Below, one piece after another: positions 22,183 to 33,185 of a DNA stretch of 64,000 nt. The stretch is from Flectonema sp. DT1601 (lineage: Eukaryota). The notes under the pieces were generated by a model, which worked only from the letters and a program-made list of their open reading frames with translations, was not told the origin of the DNA and did no database searches. Made by a program: the position numbers and the translations under genes. The stretch covers positions 1,116,001 through 1,180,000 of the forward strand of contig OZ025788.1 in assembly GCA_964019425.1 (NCBI GenBank). Direction: 5' to 3'. Each line of letters starts with the position of its first letter. Positions within the stretch are counted from its first letter, which is position 1.

Positions 22183-24137
22183 ATGAGTGAAATGAGCGAT
22201 TCAAGTGGCTCACAGCAGCCATCTGATGTATTTGATGGACTGCTGATTCACATCTCTGGAGTTCGCCCGGCCAGAACATACGAAAATCTGGTTAAGAAAC
22301 AAAACGGAAAAATTGTTTCTCTCAAAGAAGCTGCGATAGTGGTGACAAACAAGGCGAACAATAAAAAATTCCTGTCGGGGAAGGAATATGTGACGAAACA
22401 GTGGTATGTGTCTTTATAATGAATTCAATGATAATTAATAATAAATAACAAATCACACTCACAGGATTAAAGAATCAATAAAGGAGGGAAGCATTTCAGA
22501 CTATAAAAAGTTCTCTATTCAGGGAGTCAAAGATAAAGGTATGCAATCACTCATGCGTTAGTAGAGTCAGAAAAACAGCTTACAATAATAACACAGCAGA
22601 ACCTGAGGCAGACAGTAAGAGCGAAAGCGATGCTGTTGAAGAAGAGAAGAAAACTGAAGTAGCAGCTGCAGCAGCAACAACAACAACAACAATATCAAAG
22701 AAGAAAAGACTACAGCTAACACTTGATGAAAACACTGATGGATCCGTCATAATTCCTATTATAAAACAATTGGGAGGTGCGATTCACGAAATCTCAACAA
22801 GACTCCAAGACAGGCTTGAGGTAACTGCACTCGTCTCCTCTGGGTTGTGTGCTTCTCCTGAAAGCGCTCTTGCTTCGTTGTTTAAAATACCAGTCGTTTC
22901 CGAAGAATGGATCTACGCGAGTCTTGAAAAAGGATATTGGGATACTTTAAAACCTCATATTCTAATTAGTACTGACAGAGTTAATAATTTACCTTTTAAA
23001 GGGATGCGAATCTACCTTCATGGTCAACCCGATTCACATGTTGACATTGAAGGTGTAGGACTTATTGTAACTTCAGGTGGTGGTGTAGTCACATCGAGAA
23101 TGAAAACAGCCACAATCGTTGTGGCTTTCCGTCACTTTAAAAAGCAAACGAATGTACCCGTTGTTGAACCAGACTGGTTGTATAGTTGTGCGCATTCTCT
23201 TGAACTCCTTTCAGTGGAAGATTACTATGCTACAGATGATAGCAGCAGTGAATCTCAGGAGAGAGCCTCGAAAAAACCTGCTGCGAAATCGAAGAAAGTA
23301 ATCAAGAATACCAACTCTGACTCTGATTCCAGCGTGAAGCCAAAACCCAAACGGGCAAAGAGAAAACCTGTCAAAAAGAGGGATTCTAGCTCAGACTCTG
23401 AGCCGAAAGTGGCCGCCAAAAAAAAAAAACCAGCTAAGAAAACTGTAAAGCCAGCAGATTCTGACTCCGACTCCTCCAGCGCTGCAGCAGCAAAGTGTAA
23501 AAGGAAACCTGTCAAAAAGAGGGATTCTAGCTCAGACTCTGAGCCGAAAGTGGCCGCCAAAAAAAAAAAGCCAGCCAAGAAAACTGTAAAGCCAGCAGAT
23601 TCTGACTCCGACTCCTCTAGCGCTGCAGCAGCAAAGTGTAAAAGGAAACCTGTTAAACAGTCGAAAAGGAAAGTAGTTAAACAGTCAGATTCCAACTCTG
23701 ACTCCGAGTCTGAAGCTCAGGCAACACGCAAGAAACTTGCAAGACAGCCAAAGAAGAAAACTGCAGATGAAAAGTCGACAAGGAAAGTGATTAAGGATTC
23801 CTCCAGCTCATCACATGACGAGTCAAAAGGACGAAAAGGATCATCTGGAAAGGAAACGTGTCTCGAAGACAACGAAGCCCAAATTAAACGAGCATCTGAT
23901 CAGCTTCCTGTAGTAGTTGGAAAACAGGTTAACCGGTTTGCTGATTGTTCCTCAGAAGAAGTCAAATCTGCAAGTGAAGATGAGATGGAAATGCCTGCTT
24001 TGAGCGAAACTCCAAAACCTCCTTTGAAGTCTGACCTACCAGAGGATAAGATTTCACAAGACCTTTGTGATAGTGATGGTGATGAAGCATCAGAATTTTC
24101 AGGGGTCAGCCTTGATGACTTTGATGTTCTTGTTTAG
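22183..24137 (+). CDS. Multi-BRCT-domain protein with Lys/Ser-rich tail; introns 22404-22464 and 22539-22596
   Basis: BRCT-like motifs (VFDGLLIH..VTKQWI; LGG..PVVSEEWI; FKGMRIY..GGG..VVEPDWL); introns join the frames. Confidence 0.8.
23364..23652 (+). repeat. 141-bp in-frame tandem duplication (47 aa)
   Basis: KPVKKRDSSSDSEPK..AAAAKCKR occurs twice, nearly identical at DNA level. Confidence 0.95.
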
Positions 24138-25336
24138 AACAACTAACGAAAAGAATTTTCTTTAATGTACCTTAAAGTAGTCGGTTCTATCAACCAGTCT
24201 TCGATTGTCTCTCTGATTGCATGTGTTTTTTAACACGCAAAAAAGATGATTTTGTGTGCAGTTGCGCAGTTTTAACCTTAACTTCACATCAGTCAGTTAA
24301 AATGTCTGCGAAGAGAATCCAGGAGACAGTCAACCAGTTCGATTCCCACTGTTGGCAATTGTCGAGTACCGGTCGGGAGAAGATTAACTCAGTCCTTGCC
24401 CAAGGCCTTTTTTTTGTGGACATCTCATGCTTCTTGTTCATATCGAACTCATCTTTCGCCTTTTACTAAAGATGACCGTGGACATGTATCACTAAGTGAA
24501 ACTAAATTTTTGTAGAGGCCTCGCTGCCCCCTTTTAATATTGCAAAGAACATTTTGATAATTTTTCGAATTATGCACGATTGCATTGGCAAGTTCGATTC
24601 CTGTCGAAGCTTTTCGATGGAAGCTTTGGAAAATTTGTGTGGTCTCCGGTTTCACAGTTTTTCCTTAAGTTCGAATCCCGGTGAATACAAAAAGTAACTC
24701 TCTTTTGGGAGATCAGACCCTAGAAGAAGGACGAGATCGTTTTTGGATTAAGACTGTACTCTAAACAGGATCTGTTTTTGAGTATATTCGTGCTGGAGTT
24801 TACATAACCAGCACAAGGCCAAAGCTGGATGATGACAAAGGCCAGAACTGCGCCGCATGAGCATTGCGATGATTGCATACGATGCGTCAAGTTTCACCTT
24901 GACAAGCACAGTCTGGTCACTTACAGCTTTTTTAATACACAAAATTCTGACCAAAAATACAATTCTTAGTTTTTCCTCAAGATTGCTTGCTGTGTCACAC
25001 TGTCTGACTACTTACACACTCGACTGAAGAAAATGAGGTAGATGTGCCTAAGGCGTTGAAGTCGAGGCCTCTCTGCATCAAAACGTGTTGTGTAGATGAC
25101 GGGCATCGGGTTAGTAAAACAAGATTAAAAGAAATAGTAGTTGAGGTACCGAGTCAGAGGTACTTGTTTATCAATACCGTGAGTTTCTGTAAGCTTTCTT
25201 TATTGTCAAGTACCGTTTTATTTCGACTTCTAACGGTTTTCTATTAGACTTTAAGTTGAAAACACTTCAAAGGAATCAAACCAGTTTTACTTTATTATTA
25301 ATTCCCTCCAGGTGTTGGATGCAGCGAGTTGTAAAG

Positions 25337-26917
25337 ATGGAATCGGGTAGTACCTATCAAAGTGATTCTCACACTGAGCTGCAAGAACAAAGTCCATACA
25401 TATCTACAGAAACTATTAATAATGGTAAAACAGAAGGGGCAAAGATTTTCTTTGTAGAACTTTGCGAGCGGTTGGGATTTTTTGGATTGAATGCTGTGCT
25501 TTCTCCTTACGTAAGAGATAAATTGAACTGGGGTCAACATCAGGCTGCTGGTATTACTAACTTTTTTAATTTTACAGCATACTTTGCTTGTGTCTTTGGA
25601 GGTTGGGTTGCTGACAACCGAATTGGTAGGAAAAAAGCAATCACGAGAGGTTGTGTTATATACGTAATTGGGTTACTGTGCATAACACTTAATACATGGG
25701 TAGACTTCATTGGTGATTCTGCTGTCATATTTTCGGTTGGACTGGCTCTTGTCGGACTTGGCACTGGTGGAATAAAACCATCCATAGCTCCGATATATGC
25801 TGACCAACAAATATTCAAAACTGAAGAAGCACGCTCATCATCGTTCAGATGGTTTTACTGGGGTATAAATATTGGTGCTTTTGCAGGGACTTTTATAACG
25901 CCTCTGCTTCATGATGATAAAAGGTATTGGAGTTCTTTTTTGATGCCTACGATTGCTGTTTGTATCGCGTTGATAACATTTCAATATTTTAAAAGAGGTT
26001 TTCGAGACAACGTCCCTTCAAGTCTTCAGTCTAATGAAATAAAATCGATTCTCTCTCTGCGTTTTAGAAAACGAATTCCACTTAGTCAAATACCTCAATC
26101 ACATCCCGAGTTGACGTCAACGTTGGCTGATTTCAGACAAGCCTTGATAGCTTCAAAGGTTTTTTTGTTTTTTCCAATATACTGGTTGGCGTATAATCAA
26201 GGTCTGACGAATTTTGTGTGGCAAGCCTATCAATTGGAAAGACCGGAGTGGATGCCGGGAGAGTTTTTATTAGTAGTGAACTCTTTAACTATTATCACTC
26301 TCATTCCTGTTATGGATTTTGTAGGATTTCCGATGTTAGAAAAGTGTGGAAAACTTCCTACTAACAGCCAGCGTATTGTAATCGGGTTTGTAATGCAGGG
26401 TGTTAGTATGTTAATGGCTTCTGTGTTGCAATTCTTTATTCAAAGTGCTCTCAGTGAAAGTTCTATTTCTCATTCATCATCATTGGAAGGAAGTTCTGGA
26501 ATATCATTTTGGTGGCAAATCCCCCAACTAGCATTAGGAGCTGCTAGTGAGATATTTACCAGCATTGGAGGATTGGAATTTGCATATTCCGGATCTCCAA
26601 AATCAATGAGATCGTTAGTTATGTCTCTTTACTTGGTATCTAATGCTGTAGCGTCTCTTGTCGGTATTGTGTTTTCACCTCTTATGAAACCTCATAACAT
26701 GACTACTATCTACTTTGTGTTGTTCGTTATATCTGTTGTAGCAGCAGTCATGTTCGTTTGGTGTTTTCGGTCTACTAATTTAGATGCCGGCGTTGAGCAG
26801 TCCCACCAGCAGCAATCAATAAATTCCACGCCTGGTATTGAATTGCAATCTCCAGAACAAGAATCTGACGCTTTAGTTGACCAACTCAGCGAAGATGACA
26901 ACACTTCTGCGATATAA
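25337..26917 (+). CDS. POT/PTR-family proton-dependent oligopeptide transporter
   Basis: ELCERLGFFG (ExxER), GGWVAD, GTGGIKP, FYWGINIG, EFAY..SPKSMRS. Confidence 0.93.
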   Translation: MESGSTYQSDSHTELQEQSPYISTETINNGKTEGAKIFFVELCERLGFFGLNAVLSPYVRDKLNWGQHQAAGITNFFNFTAYFACVFGGWVADNRIGRKKAITRGCVIYVIGLLCITLNTWVDFIGDSAVIFSVGLALVGLGTGGIKPSIAPIYADQQIFKTEEARSSSFRWFYWGINIGAFAGTFITPLLHDDKRYWSSFLMPTIAVCIALITFQYFKRGFRDNVPSSLQSNEIKSILSLRFRKRIPLSQIPQSHPELTSTLADFRQALIASKVFLFFPIYWLAYNQGLTNFVWQAYQLERPEWMPGEFLLVVNSLTIITLIPVMDFVGFPMLEKCGKLPTNSQRIVIGFVMQGVSMLMASVLQFFIQSALSESSISHSSSLEGSSGISFWWQIPQLALGAASEIFTSIGGLEFAYSGSPKSMRSLVMSLYLVSNAVASLVGIVFSPLMKPHNMTTIYFVLFVISVVAAVMFVWCFRSTNLDAGVEQSHQQQSINSTPGIELQSPEQESDALVDQLSEDDNTSAI

Positions 26918-27021
26918 AGAAAGAGATAAGATTGCCGTTCGATAATGTACGTTTTTTTTTCTCTCTTCATTCTCTCCGTGTTATTTTATTTTGTTATCTT
27001 CTTAAGATTTATTAAAAGTAT

Positions 27022-28584
27022 ATGGACTGCACCAGTAGCGAGCTTAATTCGATTCAGGCAAAGGCTTATTTGGCAGGCAGTTTTACATTACTGCCCGCAG
27101 CGTTGTCACCTCAGAAGAAGAAGGAGACCGGAAGTGCAATAGTCGTGAGTGAGTTGCGTGTTGGAAATGTTATTTTTAATACTGACAACGACTCAGACTT
27201 AACTATAAGTAATGTGTTACTAAAACGGAACCAAATAAGTAAAGTTACTTCAATCAAACTCCATGGCGCGACTGGAATTATTAAAGTGTATCATGGCAAG
27301 GGAGGCATTGCTAAAGTGGTTCTCCCACATGAATCACGGCTACAAATTATATTTCAACTTAGAGATTTATGTGTTACTACTGGTACTGAGCACAATCTTC
27401 CATGTCCTACAACAGCTTACAGTTTAGATACTCAGCAACAGTTACAACGTCAGATTCGTGTGTTGGAAGTTCATCTACCTGAAGATAATCAAATCCTTAC
27501 TGAACCTGATAAAAAAGAGCAACTTCGTTTAATTCAAACCAGAGATTGGATGCTTTCAGAGATCAAACAATTAAATCAAAAGCAACGTTTGGGTCATCAA
27601 ACAGTTGAACGTCGTCGACGTTCTACAACTGAACGAGCTGAAAACAAAAGAGTTTTAGAGGAAAAGAAAAAACGTGAAGCAATTCAACGAAAACACGATG
27701 AAGCTCAAGTACGAATTAAGATCCACAAACTAGACCATCAATTAGAGAATCAACAACGTCTGAGTGCTTGGGCTGGTACTTCGAACGCTTGCATCTTAGA
27801 AAAACAACTTTACGATACAACAAGACTGGAAAAAACCAGCAGCTTAGCTTCCTATCACAATTCATTAATTCTACGACATAATAAAGAACAAAAGAAGAAA
27901 CAAAATGATAAAATAATCCAAAATGGGAAAAAGGAAATCATCCACAAGATCAGATCTCTTGAGATCGAAGGTAAACGTGAAGCTAAAAGACTTGGACACA
28001 TTCAATCAGTACGTGATAAGATAAATAGATGTGCCTTACCAAAGTCGGGTATCTCACCTCCAGACCCTTCTATTGATCGATATGCTTGTAGTATTACAAA
28101 TAATAAGATTGCTTTTGAAAAAAACTGCGACAAGGATAGTGCGATTCAAACTATTCGAAATCGCAAATTAGATTCTCTCAAGAAGAAAGGAATCTCTTTA
28201 ACGTTGAGGACAACAGATAGATCAACACGTGCTCGTACTAACGCTGATGAAGAATTCGATGCAAAACACGTCAAAACACTTCAATCAATTAAAAGGAAAC
28301 AAGAACAACAATTACAAACTGAACAACGCAATGCCTTGGAACATGATGCTCGTTTAGTAGCAAGTCGAGAAACAAATAAAATGCTGATATGTAGACAGGA
28401 GGAATCTGCGCGACGAAAAGCTCAACTCGTAAAAGAAAAACATAATTCTATTCATGAAAAAATACTTGGAAGGATCTCACGTGTTGTTACTCAGCAATCA
28501 TTAGCATCTGGAGTAGTGGCTACCGACACTTACCGACCTTCTACAGTTCCACTACCACAGGATGTGATCACACCTGTAAGCTAA
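27022..28584 (+). CDS. Hypothetical coiled-coil protein
   Basis: 520-aa ORF with charged helical C-terminal part. Confidence 0.75.
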   Translation: MDCTSSELNSIQAKAYLAGSFTLLPAALSPQKKKETGSAIVVSELRVGNVIFNTDNDSDLTISNVLLKRNQISKVTSIKLHGATGIIKVYHGKGGIAKVVLPHESRLQIIFQLRDLCVTTGTEHNLPCPTTAYSLDTQQQLQRQIRVLEVHLPEDNQILTEPDKKEQLRLIQTRDWMLSEIKQLNQKQRLGHQTVERRRRSTTERAENKRVLEEKKKREAIQRKHDEAQVRIKIHKLDHQLENQQRLSAWAGTSNACILEKQLYDTTRLEKTSSLASYHNSLILRHNKEQKKKQNDKIIQNGKKEIIHKIRSLEIEGKREAKRLGHIQSVRDKINRCALPKSGISPPDPSIDRYACSITNNKIAFEKNCDKDSAIQTIRNRKLDSLKKKGISLTLRTTDRSTRARTNADEEFDAKHVKTLQSIKRKQEQQLQTEQRNALEHDARLVASRETNKMLICRQEESARRKAQLVKEKHNSIHEKILGRISRVVTQQSLASGVVATDTYRPSTVPLPQDVITPVS

Positions 28585-28731
28585 CATTTACAAAAAAAAA
28601 CAACATCTTGACCTTTTGTGTTCTCAATGGTCTTTTACAAGTCTTTTGATAACACGTCAGGTTTCTGATTCTTGTTTTTGATGTTGGTACGTGTATCCTA
28701 TTTATGTTTTCTAAGGAGAAAAAAAAAAAAA

Positions 28732-30921
28732 ATGAAATTTTTTCGTTGGCTATGTTCGATAAGATCGATTACTATATTAATGACTTGTACCTTTGTGATT
28801 GTTGCTTCGTTGTCTACGGCTTCTGTTCTTTGGCAATCAGGAGAAGAGGCAGCATCAAAATCAGGAGAAGCCATAGTAAGCAGCATGATAACTCAGGTAG
28901 AACAAATAGTATTAAGTTCTCTCGGTGATATAACAGAGCTCTCTATTCAAGGTTCAAAGTTAGCATTCAATGCAGCGATTGAAAACGGTAATGGAACTCT
29001 TTCTTGGAATGCTATTTGGATGACATCAGTATTCCAACTTGGAACTGTGAAAGCTTTTGATCTCATCAGCAGCTCAGGTCTTCTTCATCCTTACAATGAG
29101 TGGTTACAAGTTCATCGTGCACCAGTTGTTGATGCAAGTAATTCTTCGCAGTACATGTTATTCCTTATGTCATGTGAGTTCTGCAATGCTACCCTGTACG
29201 CACTTGATGGTAATAATTACACAGAGGCATTCTATCCAACAAGACATATTTTAGATACTCACTTTCAGCTACCAATGGAATGGAGAAATAATCAAATAAT
29301 CCCAACGTTTTCACCAGTTGAAGGACAGGATTCTATGTGGGGTAAAACATATTGGAAAGATGGTGTTCTGGAAAGAATTTTTGTAACTTTTGTAAGAATA
29401 AATAATCAAATAATTGGGATTGACTACAAAGGTGCTAACATGTTGACTCTTCAATCGTTCCTGAATGAAGTTCGTAATGAGGGTCGAATTGCGAATGAAA
29501 TAATCGAAACAAGAGTGTTCCTACTGGACGAAAACAGAATGATAATAAGCGCCACTCATGGTGGTGTAGGCCAACCCTCTACTTCTGTGAATTTTCAACC
29601 TCCGAATGTCACTTGTGAGATGTCGAGTGACCCTGTTATTAAAGGAAGTTGTTCTGTTTTAGAAAGTGATTATAAATTAAACCATCATCCCACTAAGAGT
29701 CGTACAATTTCTATTAGTGGAAATAGATACTTATTTATAATTAAAAAGATAATGGATCCGTATGGAATGAGACTAACCGCATGCATGCTTTTACCAAGAG
29801 ATATTATATTCGGGGATGTCGAACAGGGAGTTCGGCATTCAGTTTTTTTTGTTGCATTGATAATATCATTGTGTGCTGCTGTGTCTACTATAACTGCTTA
29901 TGTTGTTAGTCAGCCATTGGTAGTGTTAGTTCAAGATTTGAGATATTGTTTGACAATGGAAGTGGAATACGCACCTGCAAAAGAAAAATTATCATTCTTA
30001 TGGGAACTAAATAAACTTGAAACTACTTATCGTCAGTTAGTTGCAAAGTTGAAGGATTACAAAACGTTTATGCCGCAGAGCATCTTCATAGGGGAAAACA
30101 TTGACGATGTTACTTCTGACGATGGAGTTTCACAAACAACGACCAGCAGCGTGATGAGTCAGTTGAGTTATATTCGTGAAAAGCCTCATATCAAAGGTAA
30201 CGTAAATCTTGAATTAGAACGCCGAACATGCACCATAATCCAATGTAGAGTTAAAGGATTATATTTGTGTGATGTATTTAATATTACTGCTGTTCATAGT
30301 GTCTTGATGCTTACTATTTCAAGTCTTTGTAAAATAGGTGGTATCACATTTCATGGTGACATAGTAACGATATCTCTTAACACAATTCATTATGTACCAT
30401 CACATGCTCCAAGAGCTATTTCGTTTTGTAGTTTGCTTGAGAACAAGCTTCAGGGGACGCTAGACAATCAAGATGTTATAATTTCAGTTTCTTCGGGAAA
30501 GGCTTATTTTGGCAATATAGGAACGACTACTACCAGAGCGTTTACCAACATTGGTGAACCTGTAGAAAAAAGTACAAAAATACTTAACCTCCTTCAACAT
30601 AGCGAATGTGGATCTCGCGTTCTCTGTTGTGATGTGACTCACAAGACATGTGAGAATCAAGTTCTCCTTTTAAAAGTGTCATCAATTTTGAGTGGTGTTG
30701 ATCTTGTTTGTTTTTCACCTGATCTTCATGAGGCTAACAGTGGTGATTGGATTTATGAACTTCAGCGTCACAGTGAGGTGATTGAGCAATATAATATTAT
30801 TATAGCGTCGATAGAAGGAGGACACTCAATAGAAAACATTGATATTCTTCACCCTATGAGTGAGAGGTTAATTGCAGCTCTTGGAGAGAAGATTCTAACG
30901 AGGCAACAACATCACCCGTGA
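28732..30921 (+). CDS. Receptor-type class III nucleotide cyclase-like membrane protein (degenerate)
   Basis: Two TM segments around a sensor domain; HAMP-like linker (SQPL..EL..L..YKTFMPQ); FHGD and SSGKAYFGNIG..FTNIGEPV motifs. Confidence 0.75.
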   Translation: MKFFRWLCSIRSITILMTCTFVIVASLSTASVLWQSGEEAASKSGEAIVSSMITQVEQIVLSSLGDITELSIQGSKLAFNAAIENGNGTLSWNAIWMTSVFQLGTVKAFDLISSSGLLHPYNEWLQVHRAPVVDASNSSQYMLFLMSCEFCNATLYALDGNNYTEAFYPTRHILDTHFQLPMEWRNNQIIPTFSPVEGQDSMWGKTYWKDGVLERIFVTFVRINNQIIGIDYKGANMLTLQSFLNEVRNEGRIANEIIETRVFLLDENRMIISATHGGVGQPSTSVNFQPPNVTCEMSSDPVIKGSCSVLESDYKLNHHPTKSRTISISGNRYLFIIKKIMDPYGMRLTACMLLPRDIIFGDVEQGVRHSVFFVALIISLCAAVSTITAYVVSQPLVVLVQDLRYCLTMEVEYAPAKEKLSFLWELNKLETTYRQLVAKLKDYKTFMPQSIFIGENIDDVTSDDGVSQTTTSSVMSQLSYIREKPHIKGNVNLELERRTCTIIQCRVKGLYLCDVFNITAVHSVLMLTISSLCKIGGITFHGDIVTISLNTIHYVPSHAPRAISFCSLLENKLQGTLDNQDVIISVSSGKAYFGNIGTTTTRAFTNIGEPVEKSTKILNLLQHSECGSRVLCCDVTHKTCENQVLLLKVSSILSGVDLVCFSPDLHEANSGDWIYELQRHSEVIEQYNIIIASIEGGHSIENIDILHPMSERLIAALGEKILTRQQHHP

Positions 30922-31378
30922 CGGAGGGGTGTTTTTTTTTTTTTTTTTTTGTACCGAGAAGAAATGAAAGCCATTGTTTCTTATGGTCATGGTTTATTTT
31001 CCGTGCGACAGGCATTCTGCCTGCTAATTTTTTCCCTTCACTCAGTGCTGGTTTACAGTTCTCTTTGTTATGGTTCATTTTATTTTGTTTTCATACTTTT
31101 ACGGTTTCCCATTATAAGTAGATCTGAAATCATGTGGCTTCAAAAGACTTTATTTGTTTAGTACATCTGTTTTTTTTTTTCCTCTTTTGTTTTTCTTCCA
31201 TTTATCCAGCTGTTGTGTAGTCTTATTTATTTATTTATTTTTAAAAAAAAAATTTTTTTTTACACAAAATTTGACTTTATTTTAAAATAATAACTTTCAT
31301 CATCATTCGGGAACCCAAATAATTTAATTCCTTCTTAGCTTTACACCAACACACAAACGACACTAAACTACAAAGAAA

Positions 31379-31503
31379 ATGCCACTTTTCGCATCCTCCA
31401 TGTCTGGTGCTTTGGGAATGAGCGGAGGATTCTTTGGGAAGACCGAGCAAGAGAAGAGTGCTGACCTTGCCTGCGGTAGGGAGGTATCGAAAGAAGTAAA
31501 GAA
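31379..31503 (+). CDS. 125-nt first exon, paralog 1 (MPLFASSMSGAFGMSGGFFGKTEQ..)
   Basis: ATG to GTATGT donor; protein-level similarity to 32087-32211. Confidence 0.6.
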
Positions 31504-32086
31504 GTATGTCTTACTTACTTATTGATTTCTTTTCCCCCTACCTCCTTTTTCTTTATGAAAAGGGTGAGACGGTAATTTACAAGAAACCAAACCCGTGGAA
31601 CTATCTTGTTACTCTATGTTCGTAAACCAACCACCCCGATAAATAAAGTGATGGAAGGAAGGTTTCTCTTTTAGGGTGAGTTGTCAAGTCCTTTTGAATT
31701 AACGTAAAAAAACAAACAGAGAGGTTTGCACTGACATGTGTAAGATCGTTCACGTGCCAGCTCCAAAGGAATAGGCGCAACCAGATCAGCTTACTTAAGT
31801 TACACGCACGTGAATAATAAAATAGAAATAATAATGTCAACTCGCTCTTCCTTTTACACAACGGGCTGTGATTGTTGAGGTCCCGAAGAAAACCATTCGC
31901 CTCCCTTATTGGAAAATACATCTGGAGGGACGTCTGTTTGATGAAATAATAATCTTTTGGATTTTTTCCCACCCCTTTTAACAGATTCTGATTACAACTT
32001 CAGAACAACCAATAAATTAATCCAACCGTATGAGGTAGATAAAAGATCACAATTGGTTCTTTTAAACAGGTTTCGCACAACTCACA

Positions 32087-32491
32087 ATGCCACTCTTCGC
32101 CACTGCAATGTCAGGTGCCTTTGGTATGTCGGGCGCCATGTTTGGGAAAACTGAGGAAGAGGAATCTGCGGATCTCGTCTGCGGCAGGCAAATAACAAAA
32201 ACCGTCAAGACGTATGTGAGTAATTATTTTGATATGATTATCTGTGGAATCTCTAACAGACATCAGAAGTATAAAACTAGTGTTGTTTAACTTGTTCTTC
32301 TTTCATTTAGCAAATCAACCTTCCGAAAGTATATGCACCCGCTATACAAACAGAGAAGTCTGTACCAACATGTGCAAAGTCGTCCACGTGCCTCAAGGCA
32401 AGGCACCAGCTGCAGCAGTTACAGAATAGTTCAGAGGGAAATTTGCGCATTCTTTTTTCCCCCCCCCTTTTGGTGTCCATGTTTAAGGTAG
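32087..32491 (+). CDS. Small two-exon protein, paralog 2 (exon 32087-32211; acceptor at 32310); end uncertain
   Basis: Same 125-nt exon length and donor; the spliced frame continues TKSTFRKYMHP. Confidence 0.5.
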
Positions 32492-33185
32492 TGAAAAGGT
32501 AGGACTTATGGTGTAGGTACTTTTTAGCAAATTTACGAAAAGAAAAACTTCGCAGATCACCGTAATAGCAGCTTGTATTACGAGTTATTCACACGGTTCT
32601 GGACGAGTTCTTTCGGTATGAAAGATGGTCCGGATTTGCCCCTTGTACCCCTTGTAGCCTAACCCGTTGGACAGTTGAAGTAGAAACATGGAGCCGTCAT
32701 ATTTTTATCTGCTTGTATTGTTATATATTTTTCATTTTGCTTCTCCCTTTACCCTCTTTTTTTTTTATTTTAACATTATTACTGCCAATGTTTCTTTCTG
32801 GAAACAGAGAGGTACTCTTTTATGACTAGCTGCTGATTTTTTCTTCTTTTTTTTTCTTCTTCCTCTTTTATATTTGTATTTACACTATTTTCATTTATCG
32901 TAAAGACTTCTTTCTTTAAATACACAATAAATAATTCAACCAAGAAGAGACGCGATTAGTTTTTTTTAAGATTTTTTTTCAATCAGAAACATAACTAATG
33001 CAGCTCACTATCATCAGTAAGAAGAGATTTGGTTGCAGTGAGAGAATGACACTCTCCATATTTTATTAATCATTAATTCTGTTTTATTATTTGTTGTTCC
33101 CCCCGCAAAACAGATAAAAAAAAAAAAAAAAAAAAAAAGAGGAAATCTTAGAAAACACAACAAAAGGTTATTCGAATCTTTTAAA

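Noticed and set aside
24200..25250. Short ORFs between the BRCT and POT genes
   Set aside because: Fragmentary with no motif; at most a decayed gene.
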